This document shows, in pieces, positions 50,201 through 58,572 of a stretch of DNA of 64,000 nucleotides. The notes below the pieces were generated by a model. The model was not told where the DNA came from, did not search any database, and saw nothing but the letters and a program-made list of their open reading frames with translations. This stretch comes from Planctomycetota bacterium (GTDB lineage Bacteria; Planctomycetota; UBA8108; SXIK01). Position numbers and translations under genes: made by a program. Where the stretch lies: contig OZ244999.1 of NCBI GenBank assembly GCA_965223265.1, forward strand, positions 8,224,001-8,288,000, given 5' to 3'. Position 1 is the first letter of the stretch; each line of letters begins with the position of its first letter.

Positions 50201-52779
50201 GTGAGACAGGGGAGATCAGCTTTCAGAACATCTTGGTCTTAGAGATCGCCCCACGGGACATCGAAGGAGTCTTCAGCGGCGTGGTGACAGGTCAGAGGCA
50301 AGTGGAGCTGAGTCACCTGGCGATCCGCACAGCGCGTCGAGGAACGCCGAACGCGTACGTCTCCGGGGCTTTGGAGGAGTTTCGGGAGTGGGACGGCCAG
50401 CTGGTTCGCCTAGAGGTGACAGCGGGGGGCTACACGATCCGCGCGGCGAGCCAGGAGGAGGCGGAGGAGCACTGGCGCACGAGCCGGCCAAGCCTGGAGG
50501 TAGCGCCGACGCTCGACAGCGAGTTCTCGGAGCTTTTGACGCTGGGAGAGATCGCGGAGCTGGAGTCGAGTGGTCTTTCGGGAGTGCCTCGCTTCGGGGG
50601 GAAGGCGACGAACCTCTCGCGTCTGCAGGAGATCCTGACGGGGGAGTACGCCGAGTACCAGGAGAAGGGTTTTGCGATCCCGATGCGCTACTACGTGGAG
50701 TTCATGCGCGAGAACCGCCTGGAGTCTTTCCTCGACCGCAGTCGAGAGGTGACGTACGAGGAGTACGTGCAGGAGCTTTTAGTGGATGAGAGCTTTCAGA
50801 CGGACTCTCGCGTTCGCTTCGAAGCTCTGGACATGCTGCGCGATCACATGCGCGATGAGGGTGTTGTGCGCGCGGAGGTGATCGCGCTGGTGGCAGCGCG
50901 AGTGCGCGAGGTGATGGGCACAAGTGAGACAACGCGTGTGCGCTTTCGCTCGTCTTCGAACGTGGAGGACGACCTTCAGTTCAACGGCGCCGGTCTCTAC
51001 AACTCAACGAGCGGGTGCCTAGCCGATGAGTTTGACGGCGATGAGGAGGGCCCGTCGCAGTGCGACTCCGAGGAGACAAATGAGCGCACGATCACGCGCG
51101 CTCTGAAGCGGGTGTGGAGGAGTCTGTGGAACTTCCGGGCGTACGAGGAGCGAGAGTTTTTCGGGATTGACCAAGAGATCGCGGCGATGGGGATCTTGGT
51201 GAACCGCACGTTCATAGGTGAGGCGTCTCAGGGAGTGGCGTTTACGGGGAACACGTCGAACATTCTCGATCGGCGCTACGTGGTGACGGCGCAGCTGGGT
51301 GAGGAGAGCGTGGTGAGCCCCGAGCCGGGTGTCTTAGCGGAGACGAACGTGCTGGAGCTTGTTGAAGGTGAAGTGGTGGAGGTGATCCGTGCGGTGCGCT
51401 CGACGCTTGTGGGTGAGGGAGAGGTGGTAGTGAGTGAGGCGCAGCTGGGTGAGCTTGGGCGCCTGATGTGGCACATGGATGAGAACTTTCCTCTGGATCT
51501 GGGGCGTTTCGATCGCTCTCAGGTGCTGCTCGACGTTGAGTACAAGTTCATGAGCGACGGAGAGCTGGCGGTGAAGCAGGTGCGTCCGTTCCTTCTCTCG
51601 GAGCCTCCGCCGCCAACGCCGGAGTTCACGCTGGAGGTGCCCGAGGGCTTCGAGCTCTGTGGGGTGTTTCAAGAGGCGGGAGCGGGCCGTGGACTGCGCG
51701 ATGAGTATGATCTCAAGAGCGTGGTGGAGTTCTCTGGGGGAGAGCACGTTCTTCGCAGTGACCGCGAGGTGTTCACCGGTGAGCTTTTCAGCGGTGTGTT
51801 CCTGGGCCCATCGCAAGAGCCAGGAGTGGCTGTAGGGAAGGGAACGTACCGCCTGACGCGGTTTTCAGAAGCCGGCGCAGTGACGGCGTATCGTTACACG
51901 TACTCGCAGCGCTATGCACTTTCTGAGAGCGGTGAGGAGTACGAGGTGTCGGTGGTGACGCCGTTTGAGTTCCGGGCTCGCGGCGAGGAGACTCTGGGGG
52001 GCGGTCGTTTGGTGCTCTCTGACATTGAGTTCAAGAGTCGTCCGAGCCAGGAGCGGGTGAGCGGGCGGATCGGCGGAGCGCCGCGCGTGCGCTACGCATC
52101 TTGTGACTTCAGTGACTTACCGCTGTGGGAGGTGATCGCGGTTGGCGAGGACGGGACTCGTATTGAGGCGCTCGAGCGCTTCGATGAGGAGGCGAGCACG
52201 TTCGAGACGTCTCGAGCGTCCTTAGAGCGAGCGCGAGTGGAGATCGGCGGTGTGGTGCAGGATCTGAGGTCGTACACGCAGCTGGTGTACTCTGCGTCTC
52301 GTCACAACACTGCAGTGGGTTACTGGCTGGTGCTGAACGAGTCGGTGGAGCTTGAGGGGGTGAGCGGCGGTAGAGTTCGGGTCGTGGAGTACGCTCAGGG
52401 AGAGGGCGGCGAGTCGGGATCTCTGCGTTACCTGGGAGAGGACCTGAGCGAGCTTGGCCGAGCGAGCGTGAGCTCAGAGCGCCGTGAGGAGCGCGGCGAG
52501 GAGGAGCGAGAGTTTCGCCGCGGCGATGTGAATGCCGACGGATTGGTGGATCTTGCCGACGCTTTGGGAGTTTTGAACTACTTGTTTCGCCGCGCGGCGG
52601 AGCCGAGCTGCGTGCGTGCGGCGGACGCCGACGACAACGGCCGCGTGAACGTCTCGGACGCCGTGGTGATCCTGCTGCACCTCTTTGCCGGCGGCGGCCC
52701 CCTGCCTGAGCCCACCGCCTGTGGTCTCGACACCACCGGCGACTCGCTCTCCTGCTACGACGCGGCGGCGTGTCGCTGA
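47227..52779 (+). CDS. Secreted FG-GAP/dikinase-like/dockerin-like protein, copy 4
   Basis: Signal ending ALAADCNLNG; unique FG-GAP region; core and tail nearly identical to copy 3; start may be 47239. Confidence 0.87.
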   Translation: MSVRMRRRRFSCYVPDIALGIPCLVHACIVALLIAIGTAAALAADCNLNGVEDAEEVASGVAQDCNADEIPDACQFAPTEFGFGSDRLPLISSPRGVAAADFNGDGWDDLAIGSQDAARVSTLTVFLSRGDGSFETGIEHAATDDLTGTAVGEFNGDSAIDIVSVSSVAVDIFLNDGNGAFTRAPVPLEVPKFTRTIGTADVLRGGGNDLIVANSVDGTVGVLPGNGDGTFGALVDIRVGDRPSALALADIDADGWDDIVSANTSSRNISIVASSAGDALAAPIVLDAAGLRPLAVATADFDGDGHVDLAASGQQGTRIWLQRASGAGELGTFDFDEAIVFSAGAATLLSADFDTDGDADLVGVEVGLGALQVWIDAGTGGFGATRLATPGVRQFAAGDFDGNGAEDFCLTTADPDGANVLLSGLGSATIDMEQTRVVFDRLPHDVQVVDLNRDGNLDVVSANGHSDSISLAFGQGDGSFSPIVHHHLGNWGHANSIDVGDFDRDGDMDIVTADFEGRDTIPGVVAEVTQIAVIYNRGDGLPERTVTYPTGRESWMVRTQDLDGDGRLDLFTANRAAETATLYFGLEDGTFGRREDIPAGDTPAAVFAADLDADGDADLLAANSVSARVSILVNRGVGNFDPPHTIEVALGPNFVSAADVNSDGRVDVLTTHEPSRSVGVLLGRGGLEYDPPLSFPLRSAPFSLTAVDLSGDGFLDLIVPHGGETTVLLGRGDGTFPVFFQYVVGAQPRFSAAGDLNSDGAMDFVVGNRFTRDISVFLQRRNATELTAAFLDGICTAADFHALSLPARTSSLVERAGKYITPARPEDGALLETTYQNVRRFALHQEFLAAVFPDRFPSLGAEAYAALTARRATRDYYVGVINRLRLAASESEAGGIAYGFTVVVDGSDSAELLTQEEVEAVYAELRKTFTLEPLGYFPDTPAARDRASEWSGAEFEIFFDTTSGPVDFEAYTQGVGFGRLRVLTEEELSAASETGEISFQNILVLEIAPRDIEGVFSGVVTGQRQVELSHLAIRTARRGTPNAYVSGALEEFREWDGQLVRLEVTAGGYTIRAASQEEAEEHWRTSRPSLEVAPTLDSEFSELLTLGEIAELESSGLSGVPRFGGKATNLSRLQEILTGEYAEYQEKGFAIPMRYYVEFMRENRLESFLDRSREVTYEEYVQELLVDESFQTDSRVRFEALDMLRDHMRDEGVVRAEVIALVAARVREVMGTSETTRVRFRSSSNVEDDLQFNGAGLYNSTSGCLADEFDGDEEGPSQCDSEETNERTITRALKRVWRSLWNFRAYEEREFFGIDQEIAAMGILVNRTFIGEASQGVAFTGNTSNILDRRYVVTAQLGEESVVSPEPGVLAETNVLELVEGEVVEVIRAVRSTLVGEGEVVVSEAQLGELGRLMWHMDENFPLDLGRFDRSQVLLDVEYKFMSDGELAVKQVRPFLLSEPPPPTPEFTLEVPEGFELCGVFQEAGAGRGLRDEYDLKSVVEFSGGEHVLRSDREVFTGELFSGVFLGPSQEPGVAVGKGTYRLTRFSEAGAVTAYRYTYSQRYALSESGEEYEVSVVTPFEFRARGEETLGGGRLVLSDIEFKSRPSQERVSGRIGGAPRVRYASCDFSDLPLWEVIAVGEDGTRIEALERFDEEASTFETSRASLERARVEIGGVVQDLRSYTQLVYSASRHNTAVGYWLVLNESVELEGVSGGRVRVVEYAQGEGGESGSLRYLGEDLSELGRASVSSERREERGEEEREFRRGDVNADGLVDLADALGVLNYLFRRAAEPSCVRAADADDNGRVNVSDAVVILLHLFAGGGPLPEPTACGLDTTGDSLSCYDAAACR
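49630..52755 (+). repeat. Second copy of the 3.1-kb direct repeat
   Basis: Matches 43931-47056 with scattered SNP patches. Confidence 0.95.
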
Positions 52780-52856
52780 TGTCCGCTGCGCGTCGTACAA
52801 ACGAAGCCGTAAAATGAAGCCTTGGGGCTGCCGAGTCAGAAGATAGAGGAACTCAA

Positions 52857-55800
52857 ATGAACAATCGACGGATCCTCAGCGCTTTGCTCGCCGCCTGCGC
52901 TTTCTGTTTCTCGCTTTCCGCGACGGCGGCCGATTGCAACCGCAATGGCGTCGAGGATGCCGCCGACCTCACCGCCGGAACGAGCCAGGACTGTAACGCC
53001 AACCAGATTCCCGACGAGTGCGAACAAGCGCCGCTCGCGTTCGGTCTCGTCGAAGGTGATTACTCAGTGAGTGAGGGACCCGTCGCGGCGGTGAGCGGGG
53101 ATTTCGACGGGGATGGCCTGCTGGACATCGCGACCGGTAGCAAGGACAGCACCAACGTCTCGACGCTGACGGTGCTCCTTAGCCAGGGCGACAAAACGTT
53201 CGTGCACGCCGGGAACTTCGCAGCGGGTGAGCGGCTCGCGTCACTGGCGGCGGTCGATTGGGATGGAGACGGCGACGTCGATCTCGTCAGCGCAAATTCA
53301 TCCCTCGTGTCGACGTTCGCCAACAACGGCGACGGCACCTTTGGCGCGCCGCAGCAATACCCGGCACAGTCGAGCACGTCAGCCGCCACCGCCGCCGACA
53401 TCTCAGGCGATGGTCTTCCCGAGCTTCTCGCCGCCAGCGCGCTGCGCAGTAACGTCGGTGTCTACCCCAACCTGGGCGATGGCACCTTCGGTGAAGCCAC
53501 CCTCGTTCCAGTCGGCCGTCGACCGATCGCGATTTTCGCGGTTGATTTGAATGGTGACGGCGCGGTCGATGTGACGACGCTCAACCGCAACGACGCCAAT
53601 CTCTCGATTCTCGTCAACGACGGCGCCGGAGGGTTGATCGCGAACGACCCCGTCGCTTTCGAAGGATTGCCGACAGCCTACACAGTCGCCGACCTGAGCG
53701 GCGATGGCTTTCCCGACCTCGTCGCGGCCAATCGTGAACGTTTCAGCGTTTGGATCAACAACGGCGACGCCACGTTCGGTGTGCCGGCGACCCACGACGT
53801 TCCGACACACTCGCTCGCTGCGGGCGATCTTGACGGTGACGGCGATGTCGATGTGGCTGTCGGCTCGTTCGCGCAGTCGCACGTCCTTCTCTTCGACAAC
53901 GACGGCAAGGGGGTGCTGGAAGAGCGCGCCACCATCGTCACCGAATTCGACGCTCTTCTCTCAGAGCATCTCAGCGATCTTGACGGCGACGGCGCTGTCG
54001 ATCTGACGACGGTGCGTGAGCTTTTCTCTCGCGTTGACATTTTTTGGAACGGTGTTCCCGGCGCTTCCGCTGTGAGCCTTGATCCCGTCACCGTCGTGAT
54101 TGACCGCGAGCCCCACCACGTTAACTTGTTGGATGTTGATGGCGACGGCCACCTCGATGTCGTCTCGGGCAACGGTGACAACCGTTCGATCTCCGTCATG
54201 GTGAACCAAGGTGACGGTACGTTCGCGAGCGGGCGCGAGTTTCCCGTCGATGAGCCGAAGGATTTTATTCGGCTCGACTCGATCGACGGCGGTGATTTTG
54301 ACAACGACGGCGACGTTGACGTCCTCAGCGCCGATGCGTGGGGCGACGTGTTGCGGATTCACTTCAACGACGGTGACGGCAACTTCCCGACGTGGGACCT
54401 TTACGACGCTGGCCTGGGAACGGTGCGCGCCGAGACGGCTGATTTCGACAGCGACGGCGAGCTCGATCTCATGAGCGTCAACACTGAAGGCAACACGGTT
54501 ACCATCTACACCGGCGTTGGTGATGGCACGTTCAAGGATCGTCGCGACCTGCCGGTCGGCGTTGGTCCGTTCGCTCTCACCACGGTTGATCTCGACGGCG
54601 ATGGCCACGTCGACGCAGCCATCGCCAACCGGACGTCGTCGGACCTCTCGCTCCTCTACGGTAACGGCGACGGCACTTTCGCCGACGTTGTCAGTCTTGC
54701 GGTGAGCGGTGAGGCGCGCTCGGCGGTCGCCGCGGACCTCGACGACGACGGTATCCTCGACCTACTCACGGCCCATCGTTCGCGTGCTTCCATCTTCCGC
54801 GGCCTTGGTGGTCGCAGCTACGCACCCGCGCAGATCATCGTGTTCGAGCGGGACGTGCACACGGCGATCGCAACGGATGTCGACGTCGACGGCGTCTTGG
54901 ATATCGTGACCGCCAACGAGACGACGGACAGCATGTCAGTTCTTCTCGGTTTGGGAGGTGCGGAGTACCTGCCTCCGTTTCATCTCTTTGCCGGCGACGG
55001 ATTGCGATTTCTCCTCACCGACGATATCGATGCCGATGGCGACCTCGACGTGATCACCGGCAATCGTGTCGGCCGCGATCTCACTGTCTTTCGTAATCGA
55101 TTCGATACGCTCGTCGGCAGCGAAGATTTTTTGACATCCGTTTGCACTGCGCGCGACTTTCATCTCTACACTGTTCCCACCAACACGAGCAGTTTAGTGG
55201 AGCGTGCGGGCAAGTACATAACGCCTGCGCGGCCAGAAGACGGTGCGCTTTTGGAGACGACGTATCAGAACGTTCGTCGCTTCGCGCTGCACCAGGAGTT
55301 TTTGGCAGCGGTGTTCCCGGACCGCTTCCCGAGCCTCGGTGCGGAGGCTTACGCAGCGCTGACGGCACGGCGCGCCACGCGCGAGTACTACGCTGGTGTG
55401 ATCAACCGGCTTCGCCTACCGGGGAGCGAGAGCGAGTCGGGCGGGATCGCGTACGGCTTCACGGTGGTTGTGGACGGCTCTGACAGCACGGAGCTTCTGA
55501 GGCAGGAGGAGGTGGGGGCGGTGTACGCCGAGCTGCGCAAGACGTTCACGCTGGAGCCGCTGGGGTACTTCCCAGACACACCAGCGGCGCGCGATCGCGC
55601 CTCTGAGTGGAGCGGCGCGGAGTTTGAGATTTTCTTCGACACCACCAGCGGCCCTGTGGACTTCGAGGCGTACACCCAAGGTGTGGGCTTCGGGCGCCTG
55701 CGGGTGCTGACGGAAGAGGAACTGAGCGCTGCGAGTGAGACAGGGGAGATCAGCTTTCAGAACATCTTGGTCTTAGAGATCGCCCCACGGGACATCGAAG

Positions 55801-58301
55801 GAGTCTTCAGCGGCGTGGTGACAGGTCAGAGGCAAGTGGAGCTGAGTCACCTGGCGATCCGCACAGCGCGTCGAGGAACGCCGAACGCGTACGTCTCCGG
55901 GGCTTTGGAGGAGTTTCGGGAGTGGGACGGCCAGCTGGTTCGCCTAGAGGTGACAGCGGGGGGCTACACGATCCGCGCGGCGAGCCAGGAGGAGGCGGAG
56001 GAGCACTGGCGCACGAGCCGGCCAAGCCTGGAGGTAGCGCCGACGCTCGACAGCGAGTTCTCGGAGCTTTTGACGCTGGGAGAGATCGCGGAGCTGGAGT
56101 CGAGTGGTCTTTCGGGAGTGCCGCGCTTCGGGGGGAAGGCGACAAACCTCTCACGCCTGCAGGAGATTCTGACGGGGGAGTACGCCGAGTACCAGGAGAA
56201 GGGTTTTGCGATCCCGATGCGCTACTACGTGGAGTTCATGCGCGAGAACCGCCTGGAGTCTTTCCTCGACCGCAGTCGAGAGGTGACGTACGAGGAGTAC
56301 GTGCAGGAGCTTTTAGTGGATGAGAGCTTTCAGACGGACTCTCGCGTTCGCTTCGAAGCTCTGGACATGCTGCGCGATCACATGCGCGATGAGGGTGTTG
56401 TGCGCGCGGAGGTGATCGCGCTGGTGGCAGCGCGAGTGCGCGAGGTGATGGGCACAAGTGAGACAACGCGTGTGCGCTTTCGCTCGTCTTCGAACGTGGA
56501 GGACGACCTTCAGTTCAACGGCGCCGGTCTCTACAACTCAACGAGCGGGTGCCTAGCCGATGAGTTTGACGGCGATGAGGAGGGCCCGTCGCAGTGCGAC
56601 TCCGAGGAGACAAATGAGCGCACGATCACGCGCGCTCTGAAGCGGGTGTGGAGGAGTCTGTGGAACTTCCGGGCGTACGAGGAGCGAGAGTTTTTCGGGA
56701 TCGACCAAGAGATCGCGGCGATGGGGATCTTGGTGAACCGCACGTTCATAGGTGAGGCTTCTCAGGGAGTGGCGTTTACGGGGAACACGTCGAACATTCT
56801 CGATCGGCGCTACGTGGTGACGGCGCAGCTGGGTGAGGAGAGCGTGGTGAGCCCCGAGCCGGGTGTCTTAGCGGAGACGAACGTGCTGGAGCTTGTGGAA
56901 GGTGAAGTGGTGGAGGTGATCCGTGCGGTGCGCTCGACGCTAGTGGGTGAGGGTGAGGTGGTTCTCAGTGAGGGGCAGCTGGGTGAGCTTGGGCGCCTGA
57001 TGTGGCACATGGATGAGAACTTTCCTCTGGATCTGGGGCGTTTCGATCGCTCTCAGGTGCTGCTCGACGTTGAGTACAAGTTCATGAGCGACGGAGAGCT
57101 GGCGGTGAAGCAGGTGCGTCCGTTCCTTCTCTCGGAGCCTCCGCCGCCAACGCCGGAGTTCACGCTGGAGGTGCCCGAGGGCTTCGAGCTCTGTGGGGTG
57201 TTTCAAGAGGCGGGAGCACGGCGCGGACCGCTGGAGGAATATGAGCTCAAGAGCCGCATTCGTTTCGTCGGCGGTCCCATCGCGCTGCGGACGGATCGAG
57301 AGATCTTCGCCGCCGATTTGATCGACGAGCTGAGATTCGGTCCGAGTCAAGAGCTCGCCACGGCCGACGGCGCAGGAACGTTTCGCGTCAACCGGGTCGC
57401 CGGCCCAGGTGACGTGACGATCTATCGATTCACGTTCTTGCAGTCGTTCCGCCTCGCCGATGACCGACCGTTCGAACTCCGACTCCTCACGCCGCTTGAG
57501 TTCCGTGCGCGCGGCGACGAGCCGGTTGAAGCATCCTTGTTGTTCACGAATGAATTCTTCACGCAGCGACCGAATACCGAGGCATTTCAAGCGCGACTCG
57601 ACGGCAACTTCCTCGTCCACTACGGCGCCTGCAACTACGACCACCTGGACCTCCACCGAACGCGCGTCGAGCTCGAGGACGGCAGTACGCTGCGACTCGA
57701 CGAGCGCTTTCTCGAAGCCGACAGCGAGGTCGAAACCGGGCCGGCGGCTCTCATCGACGCAGTCGTCGTGATCGGCGGCACGCGTCAGCGCGTTACCGAC
57801 TATTGGCGCCTTGTCTACTCCGCTTTTCGCCACAACCAGGGCGTGCGCTATTGGGTGGTGCTCGATCCGCCGCTGAGCATTGAAAGCTTGGCACCGATTC
57901 ACGCCGTCGAGCTCAGAGCTGCGGAAGATAACCAGCCGGCGAGCGCCGCGTATCTCGGCGCCAGCTTAGAGGTGCTACGTGAAATTGGGGTGAGTGCGTT
58001 CGAGCGCACGCGCATCACGGAAGCGTCCGAGTTTGTTCGCGGCGACGCCAACAGCGACGGTCTCGTCGATGCCGCCGACGTGATTTTCATCCTGAACTAC
58101 ATCTTCCGCGACGGCGACCCGATCACCTGTCAAAGTGCGGCAGACGCGGACGACAATGGTCGACTCAACGTCTCGGACGCGATCGGTATCCTGCTGCGCC
58201 TCTTCGCCGGAGCGCCGCCGCTCCCCGCGCCATCCGACGCCTGTGGCGAGGATCCGACCGTCGACACGCTGAGCTGCGCATCCGCTCCAGCGTGCTTGTA
58301 G
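52857..58301 (+). CDS. Secreted FG-GAP/dikinase-like/dockerin-like protein, copy 5
   Basis: GAGGA RBS, Sec signal MNNRRILSALLAACAFCFSLSATA|ADCNRNG; shared core; unique C-terminal domain; FVRGDANSDG dockerin-like tag. Confidence 0.9.
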   Translation: MNNRRILSALLAACAFCFSLSATAADCNRNGVEDAADLTAGTSQDCNANQIPDECEQAPLAFGLVEGDYSVSEGPVAAVSGDFDGDGLLDIATGSKDSTNVSTLTVLLSQGDKTFVHAGNFAAGERLASLAAVDWDGDGDVDLVSANSSLVSTFANNGDGTFGAPQQYPAQSSTSAATAADISGDGLPELLAASALRSNVGVYPNLGDGTFGEATLVPVGRRPIAIFAVDLNGDGAVDVTTLNRNDANLSILVNDGAGGLIANDPVAFEGLPTAYTVADLSGDGFPDLVAANRERFSVWINNGDATFGVPATHDVPTHSLAAGDLDGDGDVDVAVGSFAQSHVLLFDNDGKGVLEERATIVTEFDALLSEHLSDLDGDGAVDLTTVRELFSRVDIFWNGVPGASAVSLDPVTVVIDREPHHVNLLDVDGDGHLDVVSGNGDNRSISVMVNQGDGTFASGREFPVDEPKDFIRLDSIDGGDFDNDGDVDVLSADAWGDVLRIHFNDGDGNFPTWDLYDAGLGTVRAETADFDSDGELDLMSVNTEGNTVTIYTGVGDGTFKDRRDLPVGVGPFALTTVDLDGDGHVDAAIANRTSSDLSLLYGNGDGTFADVVSLAVSGEARSAVAADLDDDGILDLLTAHRSRASIFRGLGGRSYAPAQIIVFERDVHTAIATDVDVDGVLDIVTANETTDSMSVLLGLGGAEYLPPFHLFAGDGLRFLLTDDIDADGDLDVITGNRVGRDLTVFRNRFDTLVGSEDFLTSVCTARDFHLYTVPTNTSSLVERAGKYITPARPEDGALLETTYQNVRRFALHQEFLAAVFPDRFPSLGAEAYAALTARRATREYYAGVINRLRLPGSESESGGIAYGFTVVVDGSDSTELLRQEEVGAVYAELRKTFTLEPLGYFPDTPAARDRASEWSGAEFEIFFDTTSGPVDFEAYTQGVGFGRLRVLTEEELSAASETGEISFQNILVLEIAPRDIEGVFSGVVTGQRQVELSHLAIRTARRGTPNAYVSGALEEFREWDGQLVRLEVTAGGYTIRAASQEEAEEHWRTSRPSLEVAPTLDSEFSELLTLGEIAELESSGLSGVPRFGGKATNLSRLQEILTGEYAEYQEKGFAIPMRYYVEFMRENRLESFLDRSREVTYEEYVQELLVDESFQTDSRVRFEALDMLRDHMRDEGVVRAEVIALVAARVREVMGTSETTRVRFRSSSNVEDDLQFNGAGLYNSTSGCLADEFDGDEEGPSQCDSEETNERTITRALKRVWRSLWNFRAYEEREFFGIDQEIAAMGILVNRTFIGEASQGVAFTGNTSNILDRRYVVTAQLGEESVVSPEPGVLAETNVLELVEGEVVEVIRAVRSTLVGEGEVVLSEGQLGELGRLMWHMDENFPLDLGRFDRSQVLLDVEYKFMSDGELAVKQVRPFLLSEPPPPTPEFTLEVPEGFELCGVFQEAGARRGPLEEYELKSRIRFVGGPIALRTDREIFAADLIDELRFGPSQELATADGAGTFRVNRVAGPGDVTIYRFTFLQSFRLADDRPFELRLLTPLEFRARGDEPVEASLLFTNEFFTQRPNTEAFQARLDGNFLVHYGACNYDHLDLHRTRVELEDGSTLRLDERFLEADSEVETGPAALIDAVVVIGGTRQRVTDYWRLVYSAFRHNQGVRYWVVLDPPLSIESLAPIHAVELRAAEDNQPASAAYLGASLEVLREIGVSAFERTRITEASEFVRGDANSDGLVDAADVIFILNYIFRDGDPITCQSAADADDNGRLNVSDAIGILLRLFAGAPPLPAPSDACGEDPTVDTLSCASAPACL
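55188..57217 (+). repeat. ~2.0-kb near-identical core in copy 5
   Basis: Offset 11233 bp from the copy 3 core; SSLVERAGKY to CGVFQEAGA. Confidence 0.95.
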
Positions 58302-58302
58302 T

Positions 58303-58500
58303 CTTCAAAGTAGCAGGCACGCCCAGACTGTGAGATTCTTCGAGCGTGCCAGCGCAACTCACGGTCACGCTTCTCACACACCTCCGGTACGGCCCACGGC
58401 GTGTGCCTGCTACTATAGACACGCCAGACGATTTTCAAAGTAGCAGGCCCACGGCGTGTGCCGTCCGGGGATGTGCGCGAGTTACGACAGCACGTTGAGA
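58303..58500. repeat. GTAG-type REP/REPIN-like cluster between convergent genes
   Basis: TTCAAAGTAGCAGGCAC...GTGTGCCTGCTACTAT inverted pair, then a third TTCAAAGTAGCAGGCCCACGGCGTGTGCCGT; internal AACTCACGGTCACG shared with ~21937. Confidence 0.78.
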
Positions 58501-58572
58501 TAACTCACGTCCCCGGCGTGCGCCTGCTGCTTTTCTTTCGCTCAGGCCATGCACCGCCGCTACTCACTCGAA

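Noticed and set aside
43931-57217. Diversity-generating retroelement (TR/VR pairs)
   Set aside because: No reverse transcriptase in the window; repeats are kb-long and differences are mostly synonymous and not adenine-specific
41597-58301. Annotation as PEP synthase/PPDK (ppsA/ppdK) or rifampin phosphotransferase
   Set aside because: Domain order is reversed, there is no PEP/pyruvate TIM barrel, and the proteins carry signal peptides
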